From NCBI GenBank assembly GCA_965224485.1, contig CBDCZH010000007.1, positions 1-64,000 on the forward strand: DNA of 64,000 nt. The letters run 5' to 3'. The notes below the pieces were generated by a model that ran no database searches, was not told where the DNA came from, and saw only the letters and a list, made by a program, of their open reading frames with translations. Positions 10,212-20,697 of this stretch are shown in pieces (position 1 is the first letter of the stretch; the number at the start of each line of letters is the position of its first letter). Made by a program: the position numbers and the translations under genes. Source of the DNA: Arcobacteraceae bacterium (GTDB taxonomy: Bacteria > Campylobacterota > Campylobacteria > Campylobacterales > Arcobacteraceae).

Positions 10212-12293
10212 TTATTTATCTAAATCGTTACTTGAAGTATCATCTTTTTTTACTTCATCTTCTTTAATTTCATCATTAGATTCAGATTTTTTATCATCTG
10301 ATTTTTCGTCTGATTTCTTTTCATCTTTTTTATCAGTATTCTTTTCAAGTGCATCAGAGTGTAAATCTTCTGCTTCAAAAATAGTTCCACCATGTTCTTT
10401 AATGATTTCTCGTACTCTTTGCCCTGAAAGAACTTCAATCTCAAGAAGTTCACTTGTCATATGTTCAATTGCATCATTATTTTCTCTTAAGGATTCTAAT
10501 ACAACAGAATATCTCTCATTTAAAATATTTTTAATATGCTGATCTAAATCTTTAGCCATACTATCAGAATAATCTTTTTGTGTTTGTCCACCTAAGAATT
10601 GATTAGTTCTTTTCTCTAAAACCATAAGTCCAGCAATATCACTCATTCCATAAACTGTAGCCATAGATTTTATAATATCAGTAGCTCTCTCTAAATCATT
10701 ACCAGCACCTGTTGATATTTCACCAATGAAAACTTCTTCAGCAGCACGTCCACCTAAAAGTGTATCAACTTCAGCTATTAGCTCATGTTTTTGCATTAAG
10801 TATTTATTTTCTTCAGGAGTATTAAGTGTATATCCTAAAGCAGCAAGTCCTCTTGGAACAATTGAAACTTTATTTACCTTTTTAGCACCTTTTGTGATTT
10901 CAGCAATTAAAGCATGTCCTGATTCGTGATAAGCAACAATTTTTCTCTCTTTTGGAGATATTCTTCTTGATTTTTTCTCTAAACCTGCAATTTGTCTCTC
11001 AACTGCTTCTTTAAAATCCTCAGCCTCAACAACATCTTTTTTAGCTCGACCTGCTAAAAGAGCAGCTTCATTAATAATATTTGCTAAATCAGCACCTGCT
11101 AATCCTGCTGTCATACGTGCTACTTCAACTAAATCAACCCCTTTTGCTAAAACAACACCTTTAATATGAACGTTTAAAATCTCTTTTCTACCTTCAAAAT
11201 CTGGTTTATCAACTAATACTTGTCTATCAAATCTACCTGGTCTTAAAAGAGCTGGATCTAAAACTTCAGGTCTGTTTGTAGCAGCTAAAACTATAACAGG
11301 AGCTCCATCAGTAGCAAAACCATCCATTTCAGCTAAAAGTTGATTTAGAGTTTGTTCTCTCTCATCATTTCCACCCATTGGTCCACCACTAGCTCTACTT
11401 TTACCAATTGCATCAATTTCATCAATAAAAATAATAGCAGGAGCTACTTTTTTTGCTTGTTCAAATAAATCTCTTACTCTAGAGGCTCCAACACCTACAA
11501 ACATTTCTATAAAAGAAGAACCAGTTACACTTAAAAACTCAACATCTGCTTCACCAGCAACTGCTTTTGCTAAAAGAGTTTTACCAGTTCCTGGAGGACC
11601 TACAAGTAAAACACCTTTTGGAATTTGAGCTCCAAGCTTAACATATCTATCTGGGTCTTTCAAAAAATCAACAACTTCTTGAACTTCTTCTTTAGCTTCT
11701 TTATTTCCAGCCATATCAGCAAAAGTTGTATTTGGTTTTTCAGAATTGATCATTTTTTTAGAAGACCCAATTCCAAGAAGACCTCCGCCTCCTCCACCCA
11801 TGGATTTTGACATTCTTTTTGCTAAAAACATCCAAATTCCAAAGAAGATAAAAATAGGTAAAATCCAACCAAATAATATATCAGCTAGAACATTTTCTTC
11901 ATTCACTCCACCATAAGAAATTCCATTTTTTTCTAATTGTGGAATTAATGTTGAATCAGGAATAACACGTCTTGCCACATAAGTAACTCTTAAAGCTCCA
12001 GCTGTTTTTGAAATAGCTTTTACTTGAGTATTACCAATTCCAACGTACTCTATTTTTCCAGAGCTTATTAGTTTTTTAAGTTCAGAATATGCTACTTTTT
12101 GTGTAGTAGATTTTCCATAAGGGCTAACACCTTGCGAATTTCCTCCAATATTTCCTTCTGGAAAAATTGCTTTAAATGCCATTATTGTTACAATTGAGAA
12201 AAGAACAAATACTAATAGAGGATTGTTATTAAAAAAATTCCCATTTTTATTATCATTGTTATTGTTATTATTATTTTGCTGATTATTACTCAA
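10212..12293 (-). CDS. ftsH: ATP-dependent zinc metalloprotease FtsH
   Basis: GPPGTGKT Walker A, DEID Walker B, SRH motif, HESGH zinc motif, two TM segments. Confidence 0.98.
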   Translation of the reverse strand: MSNNQQNNNNNNNDNKNGNFFNNNPLLVFVLFSIVTIMAFKAIFPEGNIGGNSQGVSPYGKSTTQKVAYSELKKLISSGKIEYVGIGNTQVKAISKTAGALRVTYVARRVIPDSTLIPQLEKNGISYGGVNEENVLADILFGWILPIFIFFGIWMFLAKRMSKSMGGGGGGLLGIGSSKKMINSEKPNTTFADMAGNKEAKEEVQEVVDFLKDPDRYVKLGAQIPKGVLLVGPPGTGKTLLAKAVAGEADVEFLSVTGSSFIEMFVGVGASRVRDLFEQAKKVAPAIIFIDEIDAIGKSRASGGPMGGNDEREQTLNQLLAEMDGFATDGAPVIVLAATNRPEVLDPALLRPGRFDRQVLVDKPDFEGRKEILNVHIKGVVLAKGVDLVEVARMTAGLAGADLANIINEAALLAGRAKKDVVEAEDFKEAVERQIAGLEKKSRRISPKERKIVAYHESGHALIAEITKGAKKVNKVSIVPRGLAALGYTLNTPEENKYLMQKHELIAEVDTLLGGRAAEEVFIGEISTGAGNDLERATDIIKSMATVYGMSDIAGLMVLEKRTNQFLGGQTQKDYSDSMAKDLDQHIKNILNERYSVVLESLRENNDAIEHMTSELLEIEVLSGQRVREIIKEHGGTIFEAEDLHSDALEKNTDKKDEKKSDEKSDDKKSESNDEIKEDEVKKDDTSSNDLDK

Positions 12294-12302
12294 ACAAACT
12301 CC

Positions 12303-13118
12303 TTATTTTTCTATATTTTTTAAAATTATTGTGCACCATTCATTTTTATGAATAGTTTCTAGTGTTTGCAAATTATTAAATTTTTTAGATACTTTATTTA
12401 AATGTTTATCTAAAATACCTGATATAATTAAAATACCATTAGGTCTTAAAGATTTTTTCAAATCAGAGGCTATAAAAACTAAAACATCAGCTACAATATT
12501 GGCAATTACTATATCATAATTTTTATTCGCTTTACTAATACTTCCTACCCAAGCGTTATTGTAACTTGCATTATTTAATAAAAAGTTCTTTTTCGTATCA
12601 TTAATACACACTTCATCTGTATCACAAATATCTACTTGTGCTTCTAGTTTAGAAGCACTAATTGATAAGATACCAGAACCACAGCCTACATCAAGAACTT
12701 CATCATCTTTTTGTACATACTTTGAAATTGCTTCTAAACAAGCATTTGTTGTTTCATGATGGCCTGAACCAAATGAGAGTGCTGGATTTATAATAATATC
12801 AATTTTATTCGATTTTTTTTCTACCCAAGAAGGACGTATAAAAAATTTACCAACCTCAATAGCTTGTACTGATTCTTGATATTTTTTTATCCAATCTTCA
12901 TTCTTTTTTCTAGAATGTTTAGTTCTACACTCAATATTTAAAGCTTTTGCAAATTCTATTATTCCAAACTCAACATTTTCTAAACTTTCCATTGATCTTG
13001 CAATTAAAAAATCTTTATCAATTTCAATTGCTTCATTTGTAAGAGTAGCTAATAACTCAGTTAAAAGATCTATTTTTTCACTTGCTTGTATTTTTAATTC
13101 ATAATAAAACTCTTCCAA
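12303..13118 (-). CDS. prmA: Ribosomal protein L11 methyltransferase
   Basis: FGSGHHETT, LDVGCGSGILSI and ANI motifs. Confidence 0.95.
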   Translation of the reverse strand: MEEFYYELKIQASEKIDLLTELLATLTNEAIEIDKDFLIARSMESLENVEFGIIEFAKALNIECRTKHSRKKNEDWIKKYQESVQAIEVGKFFIRPSWVEKKSNKIDIIINPALSFGSGHHETTNACLEAISKYVQKDDEVLDVGCGSGILSISASKLEAQVDICDTDEVCINDTKKNFLLNNASYNNAWVGSISKANKNYDIVIANIVADVLVFIASDLKKSLRPNGILIISGILDKHLNKVSKKFNNLQTLETIHKNEWCTIILKNIEK

Positions 13119-13146
13119 GTTTTTCCTTCTATTTTTTTATTGTTTC

Positions 13147-14100
13147 TTAAACTTGAATACTGTTATTTGTAAAAAATGACTCTATTATATCTCTCATAAT
13201 ATTTTTATCAGAAATAGTATTAATAATATCTCTAAACTCAGAAGCACCTTTATAACCCTTTGAGTAAGAGTGTAAAAGTTTTCTGAACATAACTGCACCA
13301 TGAACACCATGATAAGCTAAAACTGAATCAAAATGTTCTAGTATTATTTTAGTTTTAAGCTCATCACTTATGTCTTCTTGATTATTTTTAATTTGATGAA
13401 AGATCCAAGGTTTTCCAATAGCACCTCGTCCAATCATAATACCTGCTGCACCAGTATAGGCTAATACTTCTTTTGCTTTTTTATAATCTTTTATATCTCC
13501 ATTTGCAATAACTGGAATATTAACATTATCAACTATTGCTTTAATTGCATCATAATCAACTGGAGCTTTATATTTTCCTGCTCTTGTTCTTCCATGAACT
13601 GAAACAAAATCAACACCACAGGCTTCAACAACTTTTGCTATCTCAACTGGTATTTTAGTATCAACACCAATTCTTATTTTGGCACTTGTATATGTTTTTT
13701 TATTATATTTTTTTACTGTACTTAAAATGCTCTCTAGTTTTTTTAAATCTCCTAAAAGATTTGAACCAGAACCGTGATTAAATACTTTAGGAGCTGGGCA
13801 ACCACAGTTTAAATCAATTCCATCAATTCCTTCAATATCATTTAAGATTTCAACTGCATCACGAACCAATTCAGGCTTATTACCAGCAATTTGTACAAAA
13901 TAAGGATCTTCTAAAGGTGATTTTTCTATCATTTTGAATGTTTTTGCAGAGTTATATACTAAAGCATTTGAAGAAATCATTTCTGATATTGTTAAATCAA
14001 CACCAAATTTTTTTACTACTGCACGAAAAGGAAGGTCTGTATAACCAGCAAGTGGTGCTAAGACCACTAGAGGTTTTGAAAAGTCTAATTTTTTATTCAT
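13147..14100 (-). CDS. dusB: tRNA-dihydrouridine synthase
   Basis: LAPLAGYTD, DLNCGCP, HGRTR and NGDI motifs. Confidence 0.92.
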   Translation of the reverse strand: MNKKLDFSKPLVVLAPLAGYTDLPFRAVVKKFGVDLTISEMISSNALVYNSAKTFKMIEKSPLEDPYFVQIAGNKPELVRDAVEILNDIEGIDGIDLNCGCPAPKVFNHGSGSNLLGDLKKLESILSTVKKYNKKTYTSAKIRIGVDTKIPVEIAKVVEACGVDFVSVHGRTRAGKYKAPVDYDAIKAIVDNVNIPVIANGDIKDYKKAKEVLAYTGAAGIMIGRGAIGKPWIFHQIKNNQEDISDELKTKIILEHFDSVLAYHGVHGAVMFRKLLHSYSKGYKGASEFRDIINTISDKNIMRDIIESFFTNNSIQV

Positions 14101-15113
14101 TATTTATAACATAAAGAGTCAACTGTATAGTTTCTTCCATTGTCCTTTAAATCTATTAAAGCTCTATAAGCTGTATATTCATTTGCCGCACTAGAATTTA
14201 AAATTTCTCTAATTTCATCTAACATCTCAAACTCAAATAACACATATAAATATGCACTTGTTGCTTCTTCTGCACTTGAGCAAAGAGTTTCAAACATTTT
14301 AATAAGTTCATCTGGATGAGTAGATTTTTTATACATTTTTGCAACATTTATATAATCATCATTAGAAAACTCTACATTTGAAATATATTTTACTAAATCT
14401 TCAATTGAAATAGAAAATTGTTCATTTTGTGAATCTTTTTTAATAAGTTCAAGAACCATTTCTTTATCTAAACTAAGAGATTCAAGAAGTTTTTTTACTG
14501 TTGTCATAGATTTCTCTTTAAGAACATTTAAAAAAGCAACTTTTATATTAGCTTTTGAATAATTAGCTGGTTTTTTTAATACATCCATAGCAAAATCAAT
14601 TTGATCATTTATTTTATTTAATAAATTTAAGTTAGCTATATTTCCATTTTTATTAAATTTAATTGATTTATCTTGAATATATTTTCCATCTTCTATTTCT
14701 TTGATTCTTGAAATGATCTTTTTAACTTCATCATCTGATGACTCAAAACTATCAGTTTTACAAACAAGATTCATTTGGGACAAGATTTTTGCAATATCTT
14801 TTAAACCTTTTGTTTTAAATGATTTATTATTATTGTTTTCTAAAAAATTATCTTTTACACATTCAAGTAAATTTTCTTCATCTTTTTGAAAAGCTCTAAT
14901 ATTTAAATAAGACTTAAAACCATAAAAAAGAATATGTATAATTGTAAAAACTAATAACAATGCTATTGGTAAAATTAACCATAAAGCTATTGGAAGAGTA
15001 AGCTCCAAAGAAAATTGAGTAAAGGTGTATTCACCTAATTGTAAACTAACTGCATATAAATATATAGCAATTAAAAGAAGAAGTGAAAATAATATATATT
15101 TTTTAAGTCCCAT
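14100..15113 (-). CDS. Conserved hypothetical membrane-anchored protein (LapA-like N-terminus)
   Basis: Two N-terminal TM segments and a helical soluble region; located between dksA and dusB as in related genomes. Confidence 0.6.
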   Translation of the reverse strand: MGLKKYILFSLLLLIAIYLYAVSLQLGEYTFTQFSLELTLPIALWLILPIALLLVFTIIHILFYGFKSYLNIRAFQKDEENLLECVKDNFLENNNNKSFKTKGLKDIAKILSQMNLVCKTDSFESSDDEVKKIISRIKEIEDGKYIQDKSIKFNKNGNIANLNLLNKINDQIDFAMDVLKKPANYSKANIKVAFLNVLKEKSMTTVKKLLESLSLDKEMVLELIKKDSQNEQFSISIEDLVKYISNVEFSNDDYINVAKMYKKSTHPDELIKMFETLCSSAEEATSAYLYVLFEFEMLDEIREILNSSAANEYTAYRALIDLKDNGRNYTVDSLCYK

Positions 15114-15125
15114 TTTGTATCCTTT

Positions 15126-15479
15126 TTATTGTTCTACTTCGTAAATCTCTCTACAAGGTGTGCAAAATTTTGCAAATGGTTTTGCTCTTAATCGTCCAAG
15201 TGCAATTGATTCATCACACATTTCACAAACACCATAAGTACCTTTTTCTATTCTAGTAATTGCATCTTCAATTTCATGAAGTTCTTTAATTTGTTGCTCT
15301 GCAATTATTCCTTCTTTAAAAGAATCACTAGAAACCTCTGCATAATCAAACTCATCCTTACATTCTGAATTCTTTAAAGAATCAATGCTCTCTCTACTTC
15401 CTTGAATACTATTTTGAATAAGAACTTTTCTATCTTGTAGTATTATTTTTAACTCTTCGATATTTTTTGCATTAGCCAC
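15126..15479 (-). CDS. dksA: RNA polymerase-binding protein DksA
   Basis: DxxD coiled-coil tip (DEFD) and C4 zinc finger (CEMC...CTPC). Confidence 0.93.
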   Translation of the reverse strand: MANAKNIEELKIILQDRKVLIQNSIQGSRESIDSLKNSECKDEFDYAEVSSDSFKEGIIAEQQIKELHEIEDAITRIEKGTYGVCEMCDESIALGRLRAKPFAKFCTPCREIYEVEQ

Positions 15480-15530
15480 ATTATACCCTTATTTAAAAAA
15501 ATTTGGTAATTATACTGAAAAATAACTAAA

Positions 15531-15989
15531 TTACTTATGATATGGATGATTATTTAAAATACAGTAGCTTCTAAATATTTGCTCAACTAAAACTAGGTTC
15601 GCAATCTTGTGGGCTAGAGTAAGATCACTTAAGGATATTTTTTTATCAACTTTATTTAAAAAATCTTTTTCAAAACCATAAGCACCACCAATAAAAAAGT
15701 TAATTGTTGAATGGTTTTGAAATATAGAAGAAAACTTATGACTATTGAGTTTAGAACCTAAAACATCTAAAGCTATATTATAACCAGAGCTTAAAAAAGG
15801 TTCAAATACATCTGAATAAGATTTTTTAGCCTCTTTTGCTGAAATTGTTTGAGCTTTACCTATTTGTTTATTAAACAAATTATGAATTTCTAATTTGGCA
15901 TACTTTGAAGTCATTTTAATGAAATCTTTTATCAACGGCTCAAAATCATCATTAGTAACTTTTGCAATTTGATAAATATTAACTTTCAT
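15531..15989 (-). CDS. rlmH: 23S rRNA pseudouridine-1915 N3-methyltransferase
   Basis: FFIGGAYG, EQIFR and HPYHK motifs. Confidence 0.95.
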   Translation of the reverse strand: MKVNIYQIAKVTNDDFEPLIKDFIKMTSKYAKLEIHNLFNKQIGKAQTISAKEAKKSYSDVFEPFLSSGYNIALDVLGSKLNSHKFSSIFQNHSTINFFIGGAYGFEKDFLNKVDKKISLSDLTLAHKIANLVLVEQIFRSYCILNNHPYHK

Positions 15990-16605
15990 ATAAAGCACTT
16001 CCTATTACATGAAATGCACAATTTTTTATATTATCATCTTTTTTTACACCACCAATAACACAAACGGGATGTTTAGATATTTTTGCCAAATAAGATATAT
16101 TATCTCCTAAAATATTTTTAACATCTTTTGTTAATGTGGCTCTATAAGCTCCAAGTCCAATCATATCAATATCAAGCTCATTTGCTTTTAGAATTTCTAA
16201 TTCATTATGAGTTGATAGTCCAAAAACTTTATGAGGATATTTCTTACGCAAAAATTTAAAAACAAGTTTTTCACTTTTCACTTTAAATTTTTCATTTTTC
16301 AAAATTTTAAGGTCTTCTTGTCCGAAATGAATTCCATGTGCAAATTGTAATAATTCTAACTTATCATTTATAATAATAGGTACAGATATAGAATCTTTTA
16401 AAAATATTAAGTTTTCTTTTTGTTGTTCTAAAGAAGATATTTTATCTCTGTATTGAATAAGTGTTACATTTAGTTTTTTACAAATATCTATAAATTCATC
16501 TAAGCTGATATTTTTTTTTAATAAAGTTTCATAGTCACAAAGAGCATAAATTCTTTTCTCAAAAGCTTTTAAGTTAAAACCTAAAAGCTTTTCAAAATTG
16601 TTCAA
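15979..16605 (-). CDS. thiE: Thiamine phosphate synthase family protein
   Basis: QYRDK, IIND, GIHFGQEDL, GLSTHN and IGG motifs. Confidence 0.8.
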   Translation of the reverse strand: MNNFEKLLGFNLKAFEKRIYALCDYETLLKKNISLDEFIDICKKLNVTLIQYRDKISSLEQQKENLIFLKDSISVPIIINDKLELLQFAHGIHFGQEDLKILKNEKFKVKSEKLVFKFLRKKYPHKVFGLSTHNELEILKANELDIDMIGLGAYRATLTKDVKNILGDNISYLAKISKHPVCVIGGVKKDDNIKNCAFHVIGSALYES

Positions 16606-16606
16606 A

Positions 16607-17473
16607 TTAAGAAGCAGTACAACTAGAGTTAAACATATTTAATAAATCAGCAAGCGTTTCTTTCATTTTTGCTCTATTAACTACCATATCAATAGAACCT
16701 TTTTCTAATAAAAACTCAGCTCTTTGGAATCCTTCTGGTAAATCAGCACCAATTGTTTGTTTAATTACTCTTGAACCTGCAAAACCAACTAAAGCACCTG
16801 GTTCTGCCATAATAATATCACCTAAAAAAGCAAAAGATGCAGAAACACCTCCCATAGTAGGATCTGTTAAAACAGAAATATATGGAAGTTTTGCATTTGA
16901 TAATTTCTTTAAAGCAGCAGAAGTTTTAGCCATTTGCATTAAAGCAAAAGTACTCTCTTGCATTCGTGCCCCTCCTGATGCTGAGACAATAATAAGACCT
17001 TGCTTTTTCTGTATCGCTCTATTTACGCAACGTACAATTTTTTCACCCTCAACTGAACCTAAAGATCCACCCATAAAAGCAAAATCAAAAATTGCAATTT
17101 GTACAGGAATATCATTTATTTTTGCCTCTCCACTTATAACAGAAGAAGTTCTTCCTGTTTTAACTAAAGCATCATCAAGTCTTTTTTTATAAGACTTTTT
17201 ATCCACAAAATTTAAAGGGTCTGTTGGTTTTAAATTATTATCATACTCAACAAAAGTATTAGCATCACATATAACTTCAATTCTTCTTTTAGCACCAATT
17301 CTCATATGAAAATTACACTTAGGACATATGTTATTTTGAATTTCAACTTCTTTGAAAAACATTAGGGAACTACACTCAGGACATTTAATCCAGTGACTTG
17401 GTGCATCAGCCTTTTTAGGTTGTTCTTTTTTACTATCAAATGTTATTTTATTAAATAAGTTTTTTAAATCCAT
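16607..17473 (-). CDS. accD: Acetyl-CoA carboxylase carboxyltransferase beta subunit
   Basis: WIKCPEC...CPKC zinc finger, FMGGSLG, SGGARMQE. Confidence 0.97.
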   Translation of the reverse strand: MDLKNLFNKITFDSKKEQPKKADAPSHWIKCPECSSLMFFKEVEIQNNICPKCNFHMRIGAKRRIEVICDANTFVEYDNNLKPTDPLNFVDKKSYKKRLDDALVKTGRTSSVISGEAKINDIPVQIAIFDFAFMGGSLGSVEGEKIVRCVNRAIQKKQGLIIVSASGGARMQESTFALMQMAKTSAALKKLSNAKLPYISVLTDPTMGGVSASFAFLGDIIMAEPGALVGFAGSRVIKQTIGADLPEGFQRAEFLLEKGSIDMVVNRAKMKETLADLLNMFNSSCTAS

Positions 17474-17494
17474 AATATATCCTTCTATTTTTTT

Positions 17495-18706
17495 CTATTT
17501 TAATACTTCGAATTTTTCTAATTCATCTAACTTTTCCCAAGGATAGTCACTTTGACCAACTTGCCCACGTGCTGCAACATCTGCATATAGAAAAGTATCT
17601 GCACTCGGTTTATCAAGCTTAAACTTATCAGTAATCCACTTAGGAGTTAAAGAAAAAGTATCCATTACAAAAGAAGATAACTTATCATCATCAGCTGCTG
17701 TATATGTTCCAAAAGTATCCACAGAAACAGAAGTAGGACGTGCTACTCCAATTGCATATGATAATTGAACATTACATTTTAATGCAAGTCCAGATGCAAC
17801 TATATGCTTAGCAATCCAACGTGCTGCATAAAGTCCTGATCTATCAACTTTAGTATAATCTTTAGAACTTTGAGCTCCTCCACCAATTGGTGCATAACCT
17901 CCAAAAGAATCAACTATTAGTTTTCTTCCAGTAAGTCCTGAGTCATGAAGTGAGGAATGAGATACATATCTTCCAGTAGGATTAATATGTATAATTGTAT
18001 CTTCTTTTTTATATAACTTAGTTGGAAGTCCAGTATCATCAATTAAACCTTGAATCAACTCTCTCACTTCTTTTATATCCATAGTTTCAACACAAGGAGC
18101 AGAAACTACAATAGTATGTATTTTTTGAGGTTTACAATTTTCAAAGTTAGCTTTATTTCCATAATCAACAGTAACTTGAGTTTTAATATCAACTCCTAAT
18201 TTATGATTATGATTTAAAGCATAATTATAAACCTTATCAGCTAACATTCTAGCATATGAGATAGCAGCAGGCATATAATCAGCTGTTTCACTAGAAGCAA
18301 AACCAAACATAATACCTTGATCCCCTGCTCCAATTTCTCCATCTTCTTGATCAACACCTTGATTAATATCAGGGCTTTGTTGATTTAATAATACTTGAAC
18401 CTGTATATCATCAGGATGTAAACACTGTTCTTTAGTAAAAGCACTTTTCCCATCATATCCAATTTTAGCAAGGGCATTTTTTACAATTTCTACATAATCT
18501 TGATTGCTTAAATTTGCATTTGATTTTACTTCACCACCAATAATAACGTGTTTTCCAGCTACAAAAACTTCTGAAGCAACTCTTGAAGTTGAATCTTTAA
18601 TAATTAAAGCATCAACTATACTATCAGCTATTATATCTGCACATTTATCAGGGTGTCCTGGGCTTACTACTTCACTTGTAAATAAATAATTCGTTTTGTT
18701 TTCCAT
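17495..18706 (-). CDS. metK: S-adenosylmethionine synthetase
   Basis: GHPDK, GAGDQG, GLTGRK and KVDRS motifs. Confidence 0.98.
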   Translation of the reverse strand: MENKTNYLFTSEVVSPGHPDKCADIIADSIVDALIIKDSTSRVASEVFVAGKHVIIGGEVKSNANLSNQDYVEIVKNALAKIGYDGKSAFTKEQCLHPDDIQVQVLLNQQSPDINQGVDQEDGEIGAGDQGIMFGFASSETADYMPAAISYARMLADKVYNYALNHNHKLGVDIKTQVTVDYGNKANFENCKPQKIHTIVVSAPCVETMDIKEVRELIQGLIDDTGLPTKLYKKEDTIIHINPTGRYVSHSSLHDSGLTGRKLIVDSFGGYAPIGGGAQSSKDYTKVDRSGLYAARWIAKHIVASGLALKCNVQLSYAIGVARPTSVSVDTFGTYTAADDDKLSSFVMDTFSLTPKWITDKFKLDKPSADTFLYADVAARGQVGQSDYPWEKLDELEKFEVLK

Positions 18707-18744
18707 TTTTGTTTTCCTATTTGTTTTCCATGTTTGTTTTCCAT
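18695..18744 (-). repeat. Four imperfect tandem 12-13 nt repeats (ATGGAAAACAAA or TAGGAAAACAAA) spanning the metK leader, RBS and start codon
   Basis: Minus strand reads ATGGAAAACAAAC ATGGAAAACAAA TAGGAAAACAAAA ATGGAAAACAAA. Confidence 0.85.
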
Positions 18745-18827
18745 TAAATATCTTTGTCTTATTTTTATAAAAAATAAAAAATCATATATTCAATAGTTAT
18801 TTAAAAAATAATCTTAATATTTTACTA

Positions 18828-20624
18828 TTACTCTACCGTAACAGATTTAGCCAAATTTCTTGGCATATCAACATCATTTCCTAACCTAATTGATATTTCC
18901 ATTGATAGAAGCTGTAAAGCAACTAACATTTCAAAAAATTCTAACATATAATGATTAGTTTTTGAAATTCTAATGAAATCATCACTTAAATCAAATTCTA
19001 TAGGAGAAATTGAGCAAATTGTGCTATCTCTTGCACTTAACTCTTCTACATTAGATTTAATTTTGTCATATAATAAATTTTCTGGCATTAAAGCTATAGT
19101 GAACAACTCAGGATCAGCTAAAGCAATTGGACCATGTTTCATTTCACCTGCTGGGTAACCCTCAGCATGTAAATATGAAATTTCTTTTAATTTTAAAGCA
19201 CCTTCAAGTGCTAATGGAAAAAAGACGTCTCGTCCTATAAAGAAAAAACCATGACCATGAAGATATCTTTTAGATAATCTTTTAGTCTTTTCGTGCATAT
19301 TATCATCAATTATTAAAGCTTTAGGAACTTCTCTTAAAGCTTCTAATTCACTTGCTAATTTTTTTGCACTAATTGTATTTTTATATTTTGCAAAATATAA
19401 ACTCATCATCCATAAAACTGCTGTTTGAGTAGAAAAAGCCTTTGTTGAAGCCACTCCTTTTTCAATTCCAGCTCTTGTAAGAACTGTTATATCAGCTACT
19501 CTTGTCATAGAAGAGTTATCAACATTACAAACAACAAGTGATTTAAGTCCTGCTTTTTTTGCCATTTTTAAAGCTTCAAGAGTATCAGCAGTTTCACCAC
19601 TTTGTGAAATTACTATAAAAAGAGTTTTAGAATTTAATAAAGGCTCTTTATATCTAAACTCAGAAGCAATTTCAACTGAAGTTCTTATTTTACAAAGCCT
19701 TTCAAAAAGATAAGAAGCTGTTAATCCAGCATGATAAGATGTACCACAAGCACAAATTTTAATCTCTTCAATATTTTCAATAATAGAAGAGTCAAATTCA
19801 TCAAATGATATTTCATTTTCATTTAATCTTGAAAGCATAGCATCACTTACTACATCACTTTGCTCATAAATTTCTTTTTCCATAAAAAATCTAAAACCAT
19901 CTTTTTGGGCAAATTGTTTAGATTTTGGTAATACTCCCCATTTTACATCGTTAGAAAAGAACTCAATAGCTTCTTTACTAACAACTCCACCTACTCCATC
20001 TTCTAAATATACAACATCATTTGCAAGTCCAATTAGAGGAGCATCAGAAGAAGCAAATAAAACTTCACCTTTTTCTAAACCATGAGCTACAATTAAAGGT
20101 GAACCATTTTTAAAAAAATATATTTTATTAGGTTCTTGTTTTGTAATCAAAAGAATAGAAAAAGCGCCCTTTAAATCTTTAATAGTTTCTTTAAAAGCTT
20201 TCGTAGCATTATTTAATTTATTATTATAATTTTCAAAAAGGTGAACTATAACTTCAGTATCTGTTTGAGATACAAATTTATGTCCTAAAGAAATTAGTTT
20301 TTCTTTTAGTTCTTTGTAATTTTCAATTATTCCATTATGTACCACATATGAGTATTCACCTAAATGAGGATGAGCATTTAGCTCAGTTGGTTTACCATGC
20401 GTTGCCCATCTAGTATGTCCAATACCTACAGTATATGTAGAAGTAGTATGAACTTTTGCTTCTAGATTATGTAATTTTCCTAAGGCTTTAAAAATATCTA
20501 TTTTATCATTATTCATTAAAGCAATTCCAGCAGAATCATAACCTCTATACTCTAATTCTTTTAAAGCATCTAGTAAAATTCGCTCTGTTTTTTTCTTTCC
20601 AATATATCCAACTATACCGCACAT
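18828..20624 (-). CDS. glmS: Glutamine-fructose-6-phosphate transaminase
   Basis: MCGIVG N-terminus, HTRWATHG, PRNLAKSVTVE C-terminus. Confidence 0.98.
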   Translation of the reverse strand: MCGIVGYIGKKKTERILLDALKELEYRGYDSAGIALMNNDKIDIFKALGKLHNLEAKVHTTSTYTVGIGHTRWATHGKPTELNAHPHLGEYSYVVHNGIIENYKELKEKLISLGHKFVSQTDTEVIVHLFENYNNKLNNATKAFKETIKDLKGAFSILLITKQEPNKIYFFKNGSPLIVAHGLEKGEVLFASSDAPLIGLANDVVYLEDGVGGVVSKEAIEFFSNDVKWGVLPKSKQFAQKDGFRFFMEKEIYEQSDVVSDAMLSRLNENEISFDEFDSSIIENIEEIKICACGTSYHAGLTASYLFERLCKIRTSVEIASEFRYKEPLLNSKTLFIVISQSGETADTLEALKMAKKAGLKSLVVCNVDNSSMTRVADITVLTRAGIEKGVASTKAFSTQTAVLWMMSLYFAKYKNTISAKKLASELEALREVPKALIIDDNMHEKTKRLSKRYLHGHGFFFIGRDVFFPLALEGALKLKEISYLHAEGYPAGEMKHGPIALADPELFTIALMPENLLYDKIKSNVEELSARDSTICSISPIEFDLSDDFIRISKTNHYMLEFFEMLVALQLLSMEISIRLGNDVDMPRNLAKSVTVE

Positions 20625-20697
20625 GTGATAAATGACCCTTTTTTTAATAATCGGTAATTATACTTAAATCTTGTTAAATAAAAACTTTAAACCAATT

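Noticed and set aside
10250..10453. Same-strand alternative-frame ORF in the ftsH 3' end (also 30360-30560 across the PAS/cheW junction)
   Set aside because: Overlaps real genes in another frame; no independent translation signals seen
12240..12290. AAT/AAC-rich repeat at the ftsH 5' end
   Set aside because: Encodes an in-frame poly-Asn low-complexity linker; not a separate element
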